Shown: piece by piece, positions 26,203 through 39,335 of the stretch
How positions within the stretch are numbered: position 1 is the stretch's first letter
How the letters are laid out: each line of letters opens with the position of its first letter
Origin: Octopus sinensis
Lineage: Eukaryota
Reading direction: 5' to 3'
Assembly: GCF_006345805.1 (NCBI RefSeq)
Contig: NC_043000.1
Location: forward strand, 134,292,001 to 134,356,000
Length of the DNA stretch: 64,000 bases
The notes under the pieces: generated by a model
Database searches by the model: none
Told to the model about the DNA's origin: nothing
The model's input: only the letters and a program-made list of their open reading frames with translations
Translations under genes and position numbers: made by a program

Positions 26203-26594
26203 CCCACACACACTTATATACACACACACAAACATATTCTTTTATTCTTTTACTTGTTTTAGTCATTTGACTGTGGCCATGCTGGAACACAGTCTTGATG
26301 GGTTTGAATCAAACAAATTAACCCCAGGACATGTTTTTTAAGTCTAATACTTATTGTACTGGTCTCTTGTTGAACCGCTAAGTTACAGGGATACAAATAC
26401 ACCAACATCGGTTGTCAAGCAGTGATGAGGGGACACGGACACAAGATGGGCTTCTTTCAGTTACCATCTACCAAATCCATTCACAAGGTTTTAATTGACT
26501 TAAGGCTATACTAGAAGACACTTGCCCAAGGTGCCATGCAGTGGGACTGAACCTGGAACCATGTGGTTGGGAAGCAAGCTTCTTACCACACAGC

Positions 26595-26657
<63 letters not shown>

Positions 26658-26830
26658 ACCACACACACACACATGTACACACACCTATACACATATACAC
26701 ACAAACATTTATATATACATACACATGTATACACACATATATACATATCTATATATATATATATACACATATATACACACACACACATCTATACACATTG
26801 ATTCATACACACACACATAAATATATATAG
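26025..26830 (-). mobile_element. Family A SINE (26237-26595) flanked by compound (TA)/(CA)/(CT) microsatellites
   Basis: A tail-to-head on the minus strand, between two microsatellite blocks. Confidence 0.85.
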
Positions 26831-27139
26831 ATTCATACAATCTCAATATAGTAACAAGATGATGAGCTATATGGTATCCGAAATCTTAGATGTGCCTTTA
26901 TAATAACCTGTAATTAAATCTCAACACTATTTATCGAAGATGGAATAACAGACAAGAAAGGGAAAAAAGAAATATAAATGCACAGCACAAAATATCTTCT
27001 CAACCCAAACTCAACCACCATAGCTACCAAATTTATTATCATTTCACCGATTGACACCACAAAATCAAAAAAACCAGCTTTGATTGTAAGCAAGCGGTGG
27101 GAACCAGAATTTCTTTTTTCCCTATCACAGAAGCTTGAT

Positions 27140-27260
27140 CATTATTATTATTATTATTATAATTATTATTATTATTATTATTATTATTAGTAGTAGTAGT
27201 AGTAGTAGTAGTAGTAACAACAACAGCAGTGGTGGCGATGGTGATGGTGGTGGTGGTAGC
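27140..27260. repeat. Compound trinucleotide tract (ATT)n-(AGT)n-(AAC)-(GGT)
   Basis: Directly visible. Confidence 0.9.
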
Positions 27261-27922
27261 AGCAGGTCTTTCTGCTTTCAGAATACACCGGAGACTTGTT
27301 GAAAACAATCAATTTCAAAATTTGCTTTAAACACTGAAATTTATTGAATAGTGATTGTAAATATGGAATTCCGTTAACACAGAAATTGATTCTGTTATCT
27401 CATCACTTTTTCAAAAATATCTATATTTCTGAAATGGTTTCTTAGAAACAAAAGGGAGCTGGGGGTGGGGGTGGGGTTCTTGTTGTTGTTGTTGTTGCTG
27501 TTGTGTTTTTTTTTTTGTTTTTGTCACTAATGCTACTTTATTTTTGTCATCATCATCATCACCACAAACACAACCAATAGATAATCAGAAAAATAAAGAA
27601 AAAAATAAAGAAAAAAAACAGGTAGTTTATTCATTTGTTTTTCTTGTGCCCCCCACCCCACCACCACCACCCTTCCTGATCACCCAGTATTAATAATAAT
27701 TAGAAGAGATAAATAATGTAGATGGATTAGATCAATTTTAAAAAAAACAATGATTTAAAATGTTCAAAAAGTATCAGATATAAAAGATAAAACATCTAAA
27801 ATAAGCTACAATAAGAAAATTTCTCTTTCATAGTTTAACTATTTATTATTACAAGTATTATTATTATTATTATTATTATATATCTGAAGCAATCCTGAGT
27901 TTAAAGATTATAAGATTCTTAC

Positions 27923-27990
27923 CAAGACATTGTGACTAGCTTTCCCTAAACACAATTCCAGATGACCGACCACACCAGCAATGCCAGGAA
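27923..27990 (-). other. Candidate 68-nt exon
   Basis: Minus strand: gtgtttatttccAG|ttcctggc...acaATGTCTTG|GTAAGA; one open frame (PGIAGVVGHLELCLGKASHNVL), or a UTR exon ending in an ATG. No protein recognised. Confidence 0.3.
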
Positions 27991-28200
27991 CTGGAAATAA
28001 ACACTCTGCAAGCTTCAGGGTAGAATCCAAACCCCAAAATTACTCCAAGATGCTCTCACCAATACAAGAATAAGAGTCATATAAATATGTATATATAAGT
28101 GTTTATGAGTGTGTATATATGTGTATATGTGCATCTGAGTATCAATATAGATATATGTAGTGTAGATCAATATATATATTTATATATATGTGTGTGTGTA

Positions 28201-28246
<46 letters not shown>

Positions 28247-29126
28247 ATATATATATGTATATGTATATATATTTATAAATGTCTGTGATATAAGTCTATA
28301 TGTTTTGTAGTTTCAAAATATAGTGGAAATATTGAATGGAAGAAATGAAAAAAAAAAAGAGAGAAAAGATGTCAGTTTTGTTTGTTTTTGTTTTGCTAGG
28401 GTGTCACTATGACCATACAACCAAGGTCTGGCCAGTTAATGATGACTAGTGACTGTGACTGGATCAGTGCCAGATGTAGCTGTAGAATGGATGAAGGAAA
28501 AGCTTCCACTCAATGATGAGAGAAAGGAAAAGAAAAAGGAAATGGTGGTAGGAAGCGAGGAAAAGAGAGAGATGCGAGTGAGAGAAGAAGAGAGAGAGAA
28601 GCTGTTTAACATAAGAGTAGCAGACACTACATAGCTGTGCTACCCTCCAATGAATTCTGACTCACTCTAAGCATGTAGCAGCACCAAGGGAAAGTCTCTA
28701 ATTACTGTAGCGGCTGTAGATAGGATAACAGTTTGTGGCTAAAGAAATGATGAAAACTGCTTCCTTAAATAAAAATAAAATAAAAATAAACTCTTCCCAT
28801 TGCTGTTTCGTGAAAGAAAAAACAAATTCATCAACATATTTATATCGAGACTGATTTTTGCGGATAACTCATAGCATGAGAAAAATACTAATAATAAATA
28901 ATATTGATTTCTCAGATAGATGCGAAGCTTGATTTTTTTTTTTTCTTTTTCTCTCTTTTTTTTCTTTTTATTTATCAACTTGGAGAAATAGGATGTTGTG
29001 GCTTCATGCATTTTCAAAAAAACAATATCAAGGAAACCGTAATAATAATAATAACCGGAAAAACAACAATTCCAAACAGAGACATAAGACTGGAAATTTA
29101 GTCGGGGAGGGGGGGGTAGTCAATTA

Positions 29127-30160
29127 GATCTACCCCCCCCATACTAGACTATTACTTTGTTTTATGGACCCCGGAAAGATGAAAGGCAGAGTTGACTTGG
29201 TAGAATTTGAACTCACAACATAACGAGCCAGACTATTAACACAAGGTATTTTTGTCCAACCCTTTAACAATACTAACAATCTGTTGCTTTTTCTGTCTGT
29301 CTGTCTGTCTATCTCCCCCCCTCTCTCTCTCTCCAATAATAGTAATGGTTTCAGATTTTGCCTCAAGTGCAGCAATTTTGGGAGAGGGGATGAGTCGATT
29401 ACATCGACCCCAGTGTTCAACTGGTACTTATGCTATCAACCCTGAAAGGATGAAAGGGAAAGTCAACCTTGGTGGATTTTGAACTCAGAACAGAGCGACG
29501 GGTGAAATACCGATAAGGATTTCATCCAGCTCACCACCTTTTAATAATAATAATCATTTCTACTATAGGGACACAGCCTGAAACTTTTTGGGGGTGGGGG
29601 AGTAAATTAGATCAACCCCAGTATGTAGCTGGTACTTAATTTATAGACCCCCCAAAAGGATGAAAGGCGAAGTTGACCTCAGCGGAATTAGAACTCACAG
29701 CACAGCAACAGGCAAAATACCTATTTCTTTACTATCCACAAGGGGCTAAACACAGAGAGGACAAACAAGGACAGACAATTACATCAACCCCAGTGCGTAA
29801 CTGGTACTTTCAACCCCGAAAGGATGAAAGGCAAAGTCGACCTCGGCGGAATTTGAACTCAGAACGTAGCAACAGGTAAAATACCATTAAGCATTTCGTC
29901 CAACATGCTAACAATTCTGCTGCTCACCACCTCAACAACAACAACAACAACAATGGTTTCAAATTTTTGGCACAAGGCCAGCAACTTCATAGGAGGAGTG
30001 AAGTTGATTACATTGACCCTTGTGCTCAACTGGTACTTATCAACCCCAAAAGGATGAAAAGCTGAAATTGACTTTAGCAGAATTTGAATCCAGAAATGTA
30101 ATGAGCCAGAACAAATAATGTAAGGTATTTTGGCCATTACTCTAACAATTCTCTGAACCA
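29127..30160 (-). mobile_element. Five tandem family B SINE copies (~29127-29290, 29345-29540, 29556-29712, 29716-29931, 29952-30160)
   Basis: Each carries aaaggatgaaagg...tgacct..g(c/t)gga(a)tttgaactc, with different tails. Confidence 0.85.
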
Positions 30161-30171
30161 CTCTGATGGTT

Positions 30172-30320
30172 AATGTGCATAGCAGCATTTTGTCCATCTT
30201 TACATTCTGAGTTCAAATTCCACCAAGATTGACTTTGCTTTTCATCCTTTCGGGGTAGGTCAATGAAATTAACTTCCCACTCCCTCCAAAATTTCAGGTC
30301 TGTGCCTATAGTGGAAAGGA
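30172..30320 (+). mobile_element. Family B SINE, partial
   Basis: ctgagttcaaattccacc...catcctttcgggg...gtgcctatagtggaaagg. Confidence 0.8.
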
Positions 30321-30386
30321 GGAGGAGGAGGATCATCATAATAATAATAATAATAATAATAATAATTAATATTACTATTATTATGA

Positions 30387-30815
30387 TTGAGTGAGAGAGC
30401 AGAGCATGCCATCAAAATGACATTGGGGTAAAATATACGAAGCCCAATATACCCATCATGACTACCCGTCTAATAAGGGTACACTAGGCACATGCATCAC
30501 AACCATATGTGTGCGACATGGTGATCTCATATCAAAATAAACAGCACATGACCTTGCAGGTGGGACCCAGTTAGAATTTTCTTCAGGTCGAGTAGCCCAT
30601 CCCACTGAAATAGTCTTTGAATAAGGATTGTTTAAAGACATTGAATGAAACACCCATGTTTCCAGAGGTGAATTATTCAAACTCTAAATAATTCCTCTCA
30701 ACATATGGCTATGATGCTCCCCCACTACTTCTACTCGTGATCAGAGATGCACATATCATCAGCCACCAAAGGACATGCTCAACTGGTTACAGTCAAACAA
30801 CTGATAAGCAAATCT
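30387..30815 (-). mobile_element. Family E repeat with (AAT)n at both ends
   Basis: Reverse complement of 40543-40968; no recognisable coding capacity. Confidence 0.8.
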
Positions 30816-30845
30816 ATTATTATTATTATTATTATTACTTTTATT

Positions 30846-31065
30846 AAGGCAGCGAGCTGGCAGAATTGTTCCAGCACTGGGAAAAATTCTCAACCTCATT
30901 TCTACTGACTTTGATGTTCTAAGTTCAATTGCCACTGGGGTTGACTCTGCCTTTTGTCCTTTTGGGGTTGATAAAATAAGTACCAGTTGAGTGGGGGAGG
31001 GTCAATGTAATCAACTTAAGTCCCTACCCAGAAATTGTTGGCCTTGTGCCAACATTTGAAACAGT
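30846..31065 (+). mobile_element. Family B SINE
   Basis: aaggcagcgagctggcagaattg head; ttgtgccaacatttgaaac tail. Confidence 0.85.
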
Positions 31066-31429
31066 TAGTAGTAGTAGTAGTAGTAGCTGCAGTAATTTCT
31101 TTTAACTTTATTTTATTAATTTAGTTATTTAATAAAGAGTTCTAACTAGCACAAGGCCACAGATAGGGTTGTTAATTAAATCAACCCCTATTCTTCCTTG
31201 ATACTTTATTTTATTGAACTCAAAAGAATGAAAAGCAAAAATCAACTTCACCAGAATTGGAACTCTACATGTAAATACTTAAATGTTTAATGGTGTACCA
31301 ATTCTTTAATCTGGGACTTTCAACAGTTATGAGTAACCATGCATTTGTTTTCTGCACGAGGAAAGTTCTTTTCCAAAGTGCATGCTAGGAAAGTTGCCCT
31401 ACCTACCACTTAGCTGAAGTGGTCTTGAC

Positions 31430-31630
31430 TTGCAAGTTATTTGATAACCACACTGGTGCCAGTATCACATGAAAACTCTCTGATTATCCAGCTGTAGAAA
31501 CTATGCCAGAGCAGATATTGAAATTTGGAACAGTCCTCTAACTTACCAGCTCCGGTCAAACTATCCAACCCATGCCAGTATGAAAAATAAATGTTAAAGG
31601 ATGATGATGATGATGATGATAATTATGATG
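31430..31630 (+). mobile_element. Family C-related RTE-tailed repeat, older copy
   Basis: atccagctgtagaaac...ccaacccatgccagtatg...gatgatgatg. Confidence 0.7.
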
Positions 31631-32037
31631 ATGAAAACTAGCAGTTTACCATGTGTAAAGGAAGAGCAAGGTCAATACAGCATGGCCTAAGTGTTGTTAC
31701 AGGAATTGCAGTGAAAACATAGGCATCACAGTGAGAATATAAACAGCCAGAACAGATATCATCTAACACTCAAACAGTTCTGTCAACCCACTACTCTATA
31801 TTGGTGTGGTTTTTATTGATCCCTAAAACAACTTACCTAGTTCCATTGGCTTCTTATGTAGAAAACATCATAAGACATAGATTTGTAAAGAAAAGGAGTA
31901 TAATCAACATATTGATACCAGTTCATATCTAAATGATCCTGGATGGATGAAAATCGAAAACTAAAAGATGTAAAGGAATGAAACTAAAATATTGTAAGAC
32001 TTTAATCTAGAGTTATATTAGTTCTGCTATTTAACTT

Positions 32038-32437
32038 ACTCTTTTTACTCTCTCTTTACTTTTACTTGACTGTGGCCATGCTGGAGCACCACTTTTAGTC
32101 GAGCAAATCGACCCCAGGACTTATTCTTTGTAAGCCTAGTACTTATTCTATCCGTCTCTTTTGCCGAACCGCTAAGTTACAGGGACACAAATACACCAGC
32201 ACCGGTTGTCAAGCGATGTTGGGGGAACAAACACACACACACAAACACACATATATTTATATATACATATATATGACGGGCTTCTTTCAGTTTCCATCTA
32301 CCAAATCCACTCACAAGGCTTTGGTAGGCCCAAGGCTATAGTAGAAGACACTTGCCCAAGGTGCCACACAGTGGGACTGAACCCGGAACCATGTGGTTGG
32401 TAAGCAAGCTACTTACCACACAGCCACTCCTGCGCCT
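32038..32437 (-). mobile_element. Family A SINE, full length; a degenerate B copy abuts it at 32438-32570
   Basis: Minus head aggcgcaggagtggctgtgtgg; complete body and tail. Confidence 0.9.
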
Positions 32438-33212
32438 AATAATTCTTTCTAACTTAGGAGTAATCACACAAATTTTAGGGGAAATTAAATCACTCTCAGT
32501 ATTTGACTGGTATTTTATTTTATCCATACCAGAAAAATGAAAGACAAAGTCTGGATATTAACTCCAAATGCAAAGGGATATAACTAAATACACCAAGGTC
32601 CTTTGTCTGTCACTCTACCCAATTCAGTCACCCGACATCTCAATATTTATAACAATAACAATGATTATAACATTGGTATACTGCCACAAATATGTAGAGT
32701 AAAAGTAGAATCCATCAAATCAGGAGAAGGAAAGCTAAGTTTTAAATTCAGAATGTAGGAGGACAAAATTAAAAACTATAAAGTTTTCAGTTTAAAGTTT
32801 TACAGTTTCTACCAGCCTAAACAAAAACCTTTAAAATAATAACAACTATCATTCAAATATTTCAGCCTCATTACAGAAGGTTAGATGCTTCAATAATCGC
32901 ATAAACCTACTTTTTTTATTATTATTATTTATGTAGTCTCTTTATGACTCAAAGATGCAGTTCTTATCATCATAATCTTCAAGAAGACATACACAAATAC
33001 ACATAGACCTTGCCTACTCACTGAATGCTGATGCATATATGCTGATATCCATCAACATTTAGGATTTATGTGAGAATATACAGATAAAGTTTTTCAGCAG
33101 GAACCCTTAACTTTTGCACAAAATATGGAAAATGTATGCATCTGTTTGGTTACATCTTTTCTGCCCTCACATGCAGTCAAACAATAAACATGACTATCAC
33201 CAAAGACATACC

Positions 33213-33445
33213 CATTTCTTTATTGTCCACAAGGGGCAAAACACAGAGGGAACAAACAAGGACAGAAAAACGGATTAAGTCGATTACATCGACCCCAGTG
33301 CGTAACTGGTACTTAATTTACCGACCCTGAAAGGATGAAAGGCAAAGTTGACCTCGGCGGAATTTGAACTCAGAACGTAACGGCAGACGAAATATGGCTA
33401 TGCATTTCGCCCGGCGTGCTAACATTTCAGCCAGCTCACCGCCTT
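33213..33445 (-). mobile_element. Family B SINE with 14-bp TSD
   Basis: accaaagacatacc at 33199-33212 and 33446-33459. Confidence 0.92.
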
Positions 33446-35335
33446 ACCAAAGACATACCACTGTTTACTAAATCTCCTTGGTCTTTTTTTTTTTTTTTGA
33501 TTTTCTTAACAACTTTTCTGAGCCTGTTTCCAGGTAGAAACCTTCATCCAGGTTATTACTCCCTGTTACTCTGGGTATCCAAAACCAAAATTTCAATCAA
33601 CTTAGCCAAACCACTAAAGATATGAAAACCACTCATTGACATAGACTTGCTGCCCCATCTATTTATTGATCTACAAGCCCATTGATTTGAAGTAGTTTAT
33701 CTGCATTCCTGTCATTATTTCACATTCTTCCATTTTCATACACACCAATTCTATTTATTTGAGTTTCAACAGTGTGTTAATGATTTTGTTCATAGAAATG
33801 TACTTGCTCCACTCCTGCTGTGTTGCAGCTGAAGCAAAATATTCCTCAGGACATCTATTTTCTTCCAATATAGAAATCTAATTATAGTAACTGGAGTAAT
33901 AGCAAATGTCCCCACTTCAGTAGTGGACACAACAACAACAAAAAATAGTTTTACACTGCTTTACAGAATAAGGGAGGTAAAGAATAATAAAGACATTGCA
34001 TTTAATTATGGGTTCCTTTTTATACCCATTGCTGCTAATACAGATCCACAACAGTTTTTTCAGATTCTGGAGTTTGCAGTATTTTGCAATAAAATGTTAA
34101 GATAATAAAAGAATGTCCGAAGAATTTCACAAACTTAAACATTTCAAGATATAATTTTCCAAACTTGATGAAAATCATAACCTTAATAAACAGTTATCAT
34201 TGTATGCCATGAATAGCAGAATTTGAAGATTATTGGACTTAATGCCTTGCAATATTTTGGTTATCTTTTACAATCTAAGTTCAATTTGTGCCATGATTAA
34301 CTTTGCCTTTTAAGTTTTCCAAAGTGAAGCACTGGCTTTATTGCATCAACTACACCCTTAAACAAAGCTTTGTGTCTATGTCAGAAATAGTCGTATCCAC
34401 AATGAGTGTGATGGCACAGATGAACACAGGAGCAGTATTTAGCACCACAGAACAAAACAGAAGTCTGGTAAGAGTATAAGGGTATAAGGAAGGGCAATGA
34501 GCTTTCAATTTTGTACCAAACAGAGATGATCTTATTTGATACTGAAATTCCTGGTGATGGTGATTCATCTGAAAAGTACACCAAAATAACAGATTGTTCC
34601 AGTAGCCAACTAATGTGAGAATAAAGATTATTAGAGAGAAAAAAGGCAAAAAACTGAAGAGATTTCTATGTGAAGGTAACAGAAAACTTCAGCACAGAAA
34701 TGGATAAACAATAGTAATATCATATCAATAATAACCATCACATAAAAGTACTACAGCAACAATAATAAAACCAGCAAGGAAATAGAAACTCATGGCACTC
34801 CACCAAAAGTAGTAGAGAAGATAAGGCATCCATTTTCCTCCAGAATTATTAAAAGAGGAGAAACAACAAGATCATGTCATGAAACACAGCCAGACACTGA
34901 GCCTGCAGTCCAATAATTTATTCTGTAATGAGTGGCTGGAATTAGAGGAGAGGGAAATGGCTTGTTATGGATGGGGAATGAAAAGTCATCAAGTTGGGCT
35001 CTGTACAATGATACTGAATAATAATTTATTTTGTGTATGTAAAGGACTGGACTAACCTCTAATATATTATGCATATTATTTTATTGATCCCAAAAAGATG
35101 AAAGGTCAAGCTGAATATGATAGGATATATTAAAAAAAGCAATAACAGTAATAGTAATGTCTTTTTGGGTTTTTGTCTTTTGTTTTTGACACATCATCAC
35201 AAGTTTGTAGGAGAAGAATAGAACCAACTGAATGAAATCCAGTTTACCTTAAAATGTTGAAAGGAAAACATGAGGGGTAATGCAAGTTCCCTTAGAAGAC
35301 ACCAACCATCAAAGTTAAGGAGTTCATATAATATT

Positions 35336-35533
35336 CTTTTCTACTCTAAGCACAAGGCACGAAATTTTAGGGGAGGGGGACAATCGATTAGATTGACCCC
35401 AGTACTTAATTTATCGATCCTGAAAGGATGACAGGCAAAGTTGACCTCGGCGGAATTTGAACTCAGAACGTAAAGATAGACGAAATACCGCTAAGCATTT
35501 CGCCCAGCATGATAATGTTTCTGCCAGCTCAAC
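35336..35533 (-). mobile_element. Family B SINE (agtagaaaag-type tail) with 13-bp TSD
   Basis: ttcatataatatt at 35323-35335 and 35534-35546. Confidence 0.92.
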
Positions 35534-37209
35534 TTCATATAATATTGTTTAGCCTTTCAACATTAAGATTATTCTGTCAAATGTAATGCTTATTTTTTTT
35601 ATATTGTTTTGAATCAAACAAGTAAAATATCTAAGCCAGATAAGGCCAGTTTAAATGCTAAACCAGTTTAACTGTATTACAGTAAGTTTAAGCTGGCACA
35701 ACAAAAGTACAATATGTAGGTTCAAGTAGCAGGGGAACATAGTCACATAATGTTGGAAGGACAGAATCATTTTTGATTTTCAAAATTTATTTTAGTACTA
35801 ATCATATTTAAGCACACTGCATAATCGATTCCCTAAACCAAGGCAATAATGACACGCATGAACCAAACTTTAAAGACGCAAGCCAATGAATGAAAGCTAA
35901 CCAATGAGAGAGTTTTTTTATGTAGTTACATGCCTGAAATAGTAAGCAAAATCTCTATCAAATCATAGTACTGCTTTAAAAAAAGAAGGACATTTTACAT
36001 AAGGTAGTCTTAGATACACCAATGCCAAAAGCTGCACCAAATTATGGATAACTTGAATTGGAGCATCAGTATTACAATGTATGTAACCTAAAATAATTTG
36101 CAAGCAAAATACAGCTATTTTAGCTTGTTTATCTCTTAAAACACATCCAGAAATGGAAACTAAGTGGTTAAACCATTAAAATATGTATTTAAACCGTTAG
36201 TATTTTGGGCAAAGTATGAAAGACAGTTAAATGTCTGCCTTAAATGATTAAATACTATTTTCAATTCACAACTGAAGTGTATTGAGAAAATTAGCTATAA
36301 ATACCTTCACCCATAACATGAAATATTTGTATTTACAAAAGATGAGTGCAGTGAAAAAACAACTTTAATTATTTATCATAAAATTCTATCTTTGTTTCCC
36401 AGTCCTTCAAACATTTCATCTCTATTCTAAAATTAAAGATGTAAAAATAAATTCATTTTGTGATGACAGTACTAAATTTAGCTTTATCTTATTTAGATTC
36501 AAAATAATTATAATACTTTATAGACACATGTTCATTAATGTATTTCTTGTGAGCCAACAAAAATATAGGTAGGGTAAGGAACATCTGGAGTATTAATAAG
36601 ATGAGGAAAAGACTTGGGTAGACATGGTACTGTTGATTGAAACTCATGAAAACACAATCTTTTAACAGTAATTTACGTTTCTATAGTAGATATAGGATGA
36701 TAAATTATCAAATGCTGGACATGTATTTTTGCATGATGATATGGGGAAAACCAGGGGAGGATGGAGCATTGGGATTTGTTGGTAGTGGATTATGAATATG
36801 GAACTAACAGCCTTATAATAATTCTCAGAATTGCAAAAACTTCCACGGACAGAAAAAAACACATTTGCACCCACAGGTATGTAAATAGACATAAGCACAC
36901 ATGTGCATACTTACACAAATGTATGCATACATGCTTAACTGTTTATTTCAGAAGAACACACAAGTTTTAATATTATCAATTTGTTGAGAAGGAAGTTGAA
37001 ATGGTTTCAGAGCAATTCATTTCCTCTGTGCCCACTCATACCACAACACTTTATTTAGATCATCAAATCTAAAACTGAGTACCAATCCCACTTTGTGGAG
37101 CATTACTTGGTATTTAGTTGAACAAACACCATGAAACTATCAACTACACAAATGTCTTCCTACAACCAGATCGATCCAACCCACATCAGCATGGAAAATG
37201 AGTATGAAT

Positions 37210-37438
37210 TTAACCCTTTAGTGTTCAGATTATTCTGTCAAATGTAATGTTTGTTTATTTAAAATGGTTTGAATTAATCCTGCATTATCTTGTAGTTTAG
37301 AGATTTCAGTGATGTGATTTTTTAGTTTTAGAATGACATGGTAGGGCTGAGGTGAGAGGCGAGATCTGGTCAGTTTCAATATAAAACAGGTTAAATATTT
37401 TGGCCAGATATGGCCGGTTTGAATGCTTAAGGGTTAAA
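37210..37438. mobile_element. piggyBac-like MITE (family G); other copies ~52805-53020 and partial ~35545-35665
   Basis: TTAA-CCCTTTAG...AAGGG-TTAA termini; internal sequence shared with 52805 in the opposite orientation. Confidence 0.75.
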
Positions 37439-38634
37439 CCTGTAAATTTCAAAACTAGAAGAAATTGTGTGTGTGTGTGGAGAGAGAGAGAGAACATGGG
37501 GAGGTAATATGGGAGAAAGAACATGGGGAGGCGATAAAAGTCCTTATCTATATGCTACATTATAAACCTCATTGGCATATATATATATTTGGTACGCTGA
37601 AAAAAGTGGGGGAAATATTCACCTCTTCCATCGTAAATACTACACATATTTACATAAATTTATTAGTGTGTGTGTACTAGCATACAAGCCTATGCAAATT
37701 TGATTTTGGAGCAAGTGTAGTTAATTAAACCAATCCCAGGTCTGGTAAAGACCTGGTAAAGCTTATTTATACCAATCCCCAAAATGATACTTTGATAGGG
37801 ATTTCAATTGGACACCGTAAAACATCAGTTTGGTTTACTGTTGAGTGTACCACCAATCATATCGCTTCTACATACACATGTATGTTCTTATATATGTGTA
37901 TATGTATGTGCGTGTGTTTATGTTCAGTTACAATAAAAACAATCTTACTTTAATCTGATGGGTTACTCTATAACTTTTGTAGAGTACAAATTATTCTTAT
38001 ACAAGGATGTTGTTCACAGTGACTTCGAGCAATCACACGCACACACATACAGTTTCTGTCAAACAAACTCACTTACAAGGCATTGGTTGGCTCAAGACAC
38101 TTGCCCAGGGTACCATGCAGTGAGACTGAACCCAAAAATACGCTATTATAAAGTGAGCTTTTTAACCACACTGCCTATTACAAAACAATTGCATACATAA
38201 AGAAGCATGTAGCTTCAGTTCTATAATAAAAGGAAATAGGATGTAAAATGAAAATTAACAAAGACACAAAAGAACGAGTTAAACTTTTGAAACTTTATAA
38301 AATAAAATATGCTTTTTCACCCTCTGCCTCCCCCCATCTTTATCAAATCATGTCAACCATGCCTAATTATTAAGACACACAGTCATACTTGAATGTTATT
38401 TTCACATTTAGCAATGAACACTTCTCATCGTTTAGCTTGACCGCATCTTCTTCACCTTTGGCAACGTGAGTCATTTGCAATTTCTGAAATGCCATGACAA
38501 ACTTAAAATAGAAATAAAAATGGTAACAGCAGTTTGATTTAAACTTCAGAAAAGAGAAATCTACTTTAAAATTAATCAAGTTTTCTATGCAATCGTTAAA
38601 ACTGAAAAACTAATAATAATAATAATAATAATAA

Positions 38635-38780
38635 AAATCATCATCATCATCATGTAACGTCAGTTCTCCATGCTAGCATGGGTTGGATGGTTCGACCAGG
38701 GATCTGGGAAGCCAGAAGGCTGCACCAGGCTCCAGTCTGATCTGGCAGTGTTTCTACAGCTGGATGCCCTTCCTAATGCC

Positions 38781-38837
<57 letters not shown>

Positions 38838-38838
38838 C
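38635..38838 (-). mobile_element. Family C copy lying in an (AAT)n tract
   Basis: C sequence 38635-38782 with (AAT)n on both sides. Confidence 0.85.
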
Positions 38839-39098
38839 AAGGTGTCTTACATTCTTTGACATTATCTACCTGTATTTTTTAATACAGGTAGATTTTAGTT
38901 TCAAAGTATAAATTAAATATCATCACATTTGTAAAATAACAGATTTAAAAACATACAACACACTTCACAAGAAAACTAAAATATTCAACATTATACAGCA
39001 GTTTTATTAGAAACTAGTTACAGATTCCCAAGGCAGCTGTTTGCTGTATAGTGAAAGAGAGTGTCAGGAAGAGAAGCCTACTTTTAAATTTAGAAAAT

Positions 39099-39258
39099 GA
39101 CACAAAGACCAAGTAAAGACACAAAGACTATGTAAAGACACAAAGACTTTGCAAAGACACAAAGACCATACAAAGACCATGTAAAGACACAAAGACTCTG
39201 AAAAGACACAAAGACCAGGTAAGGACACAAAGACCATGAAAAGACACAAAGACCAGGT
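39099..39258. repeat. 19-bp minisatellite, about 8 units
   Basis: Consensus aaagacacaaagaccatgt, with one shortened unit. Confidence 0.9.
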
Positions 39259-39335
39259 TAAGCTGACCAAAAGCCTTATAACTTGGATTTCTTAGGAATA
39301 ACTTGCCCTAAACAAAATCACATTACTTTGAAATA

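Noticed and set aside
26832-27042. Minus-strand frame with a signal-peptide-like start (MIINLVAMVVEFGLRRYFVLCIYISFF...) ending near a GTATGA donor
   Set aside because: An in-frame TAA interrupts it, and hydrophobic runs are expected from T-rich DNA.
33640-33830. Possible RTE-X LINE remnant on the minus strand
   Set aside because: Only a few residues (VLRNIL, VEQVH) are suggestive; too decayed to call.
38370-38520. Minus-strand exon candidate (KLQMTHVAKGEEDAVKLNDEKCSLLNVKITF) with an AP-1 site
   Set aside because: No recognisable homology and ambiguous splice boundaries; cannot be supported from sequence alone.
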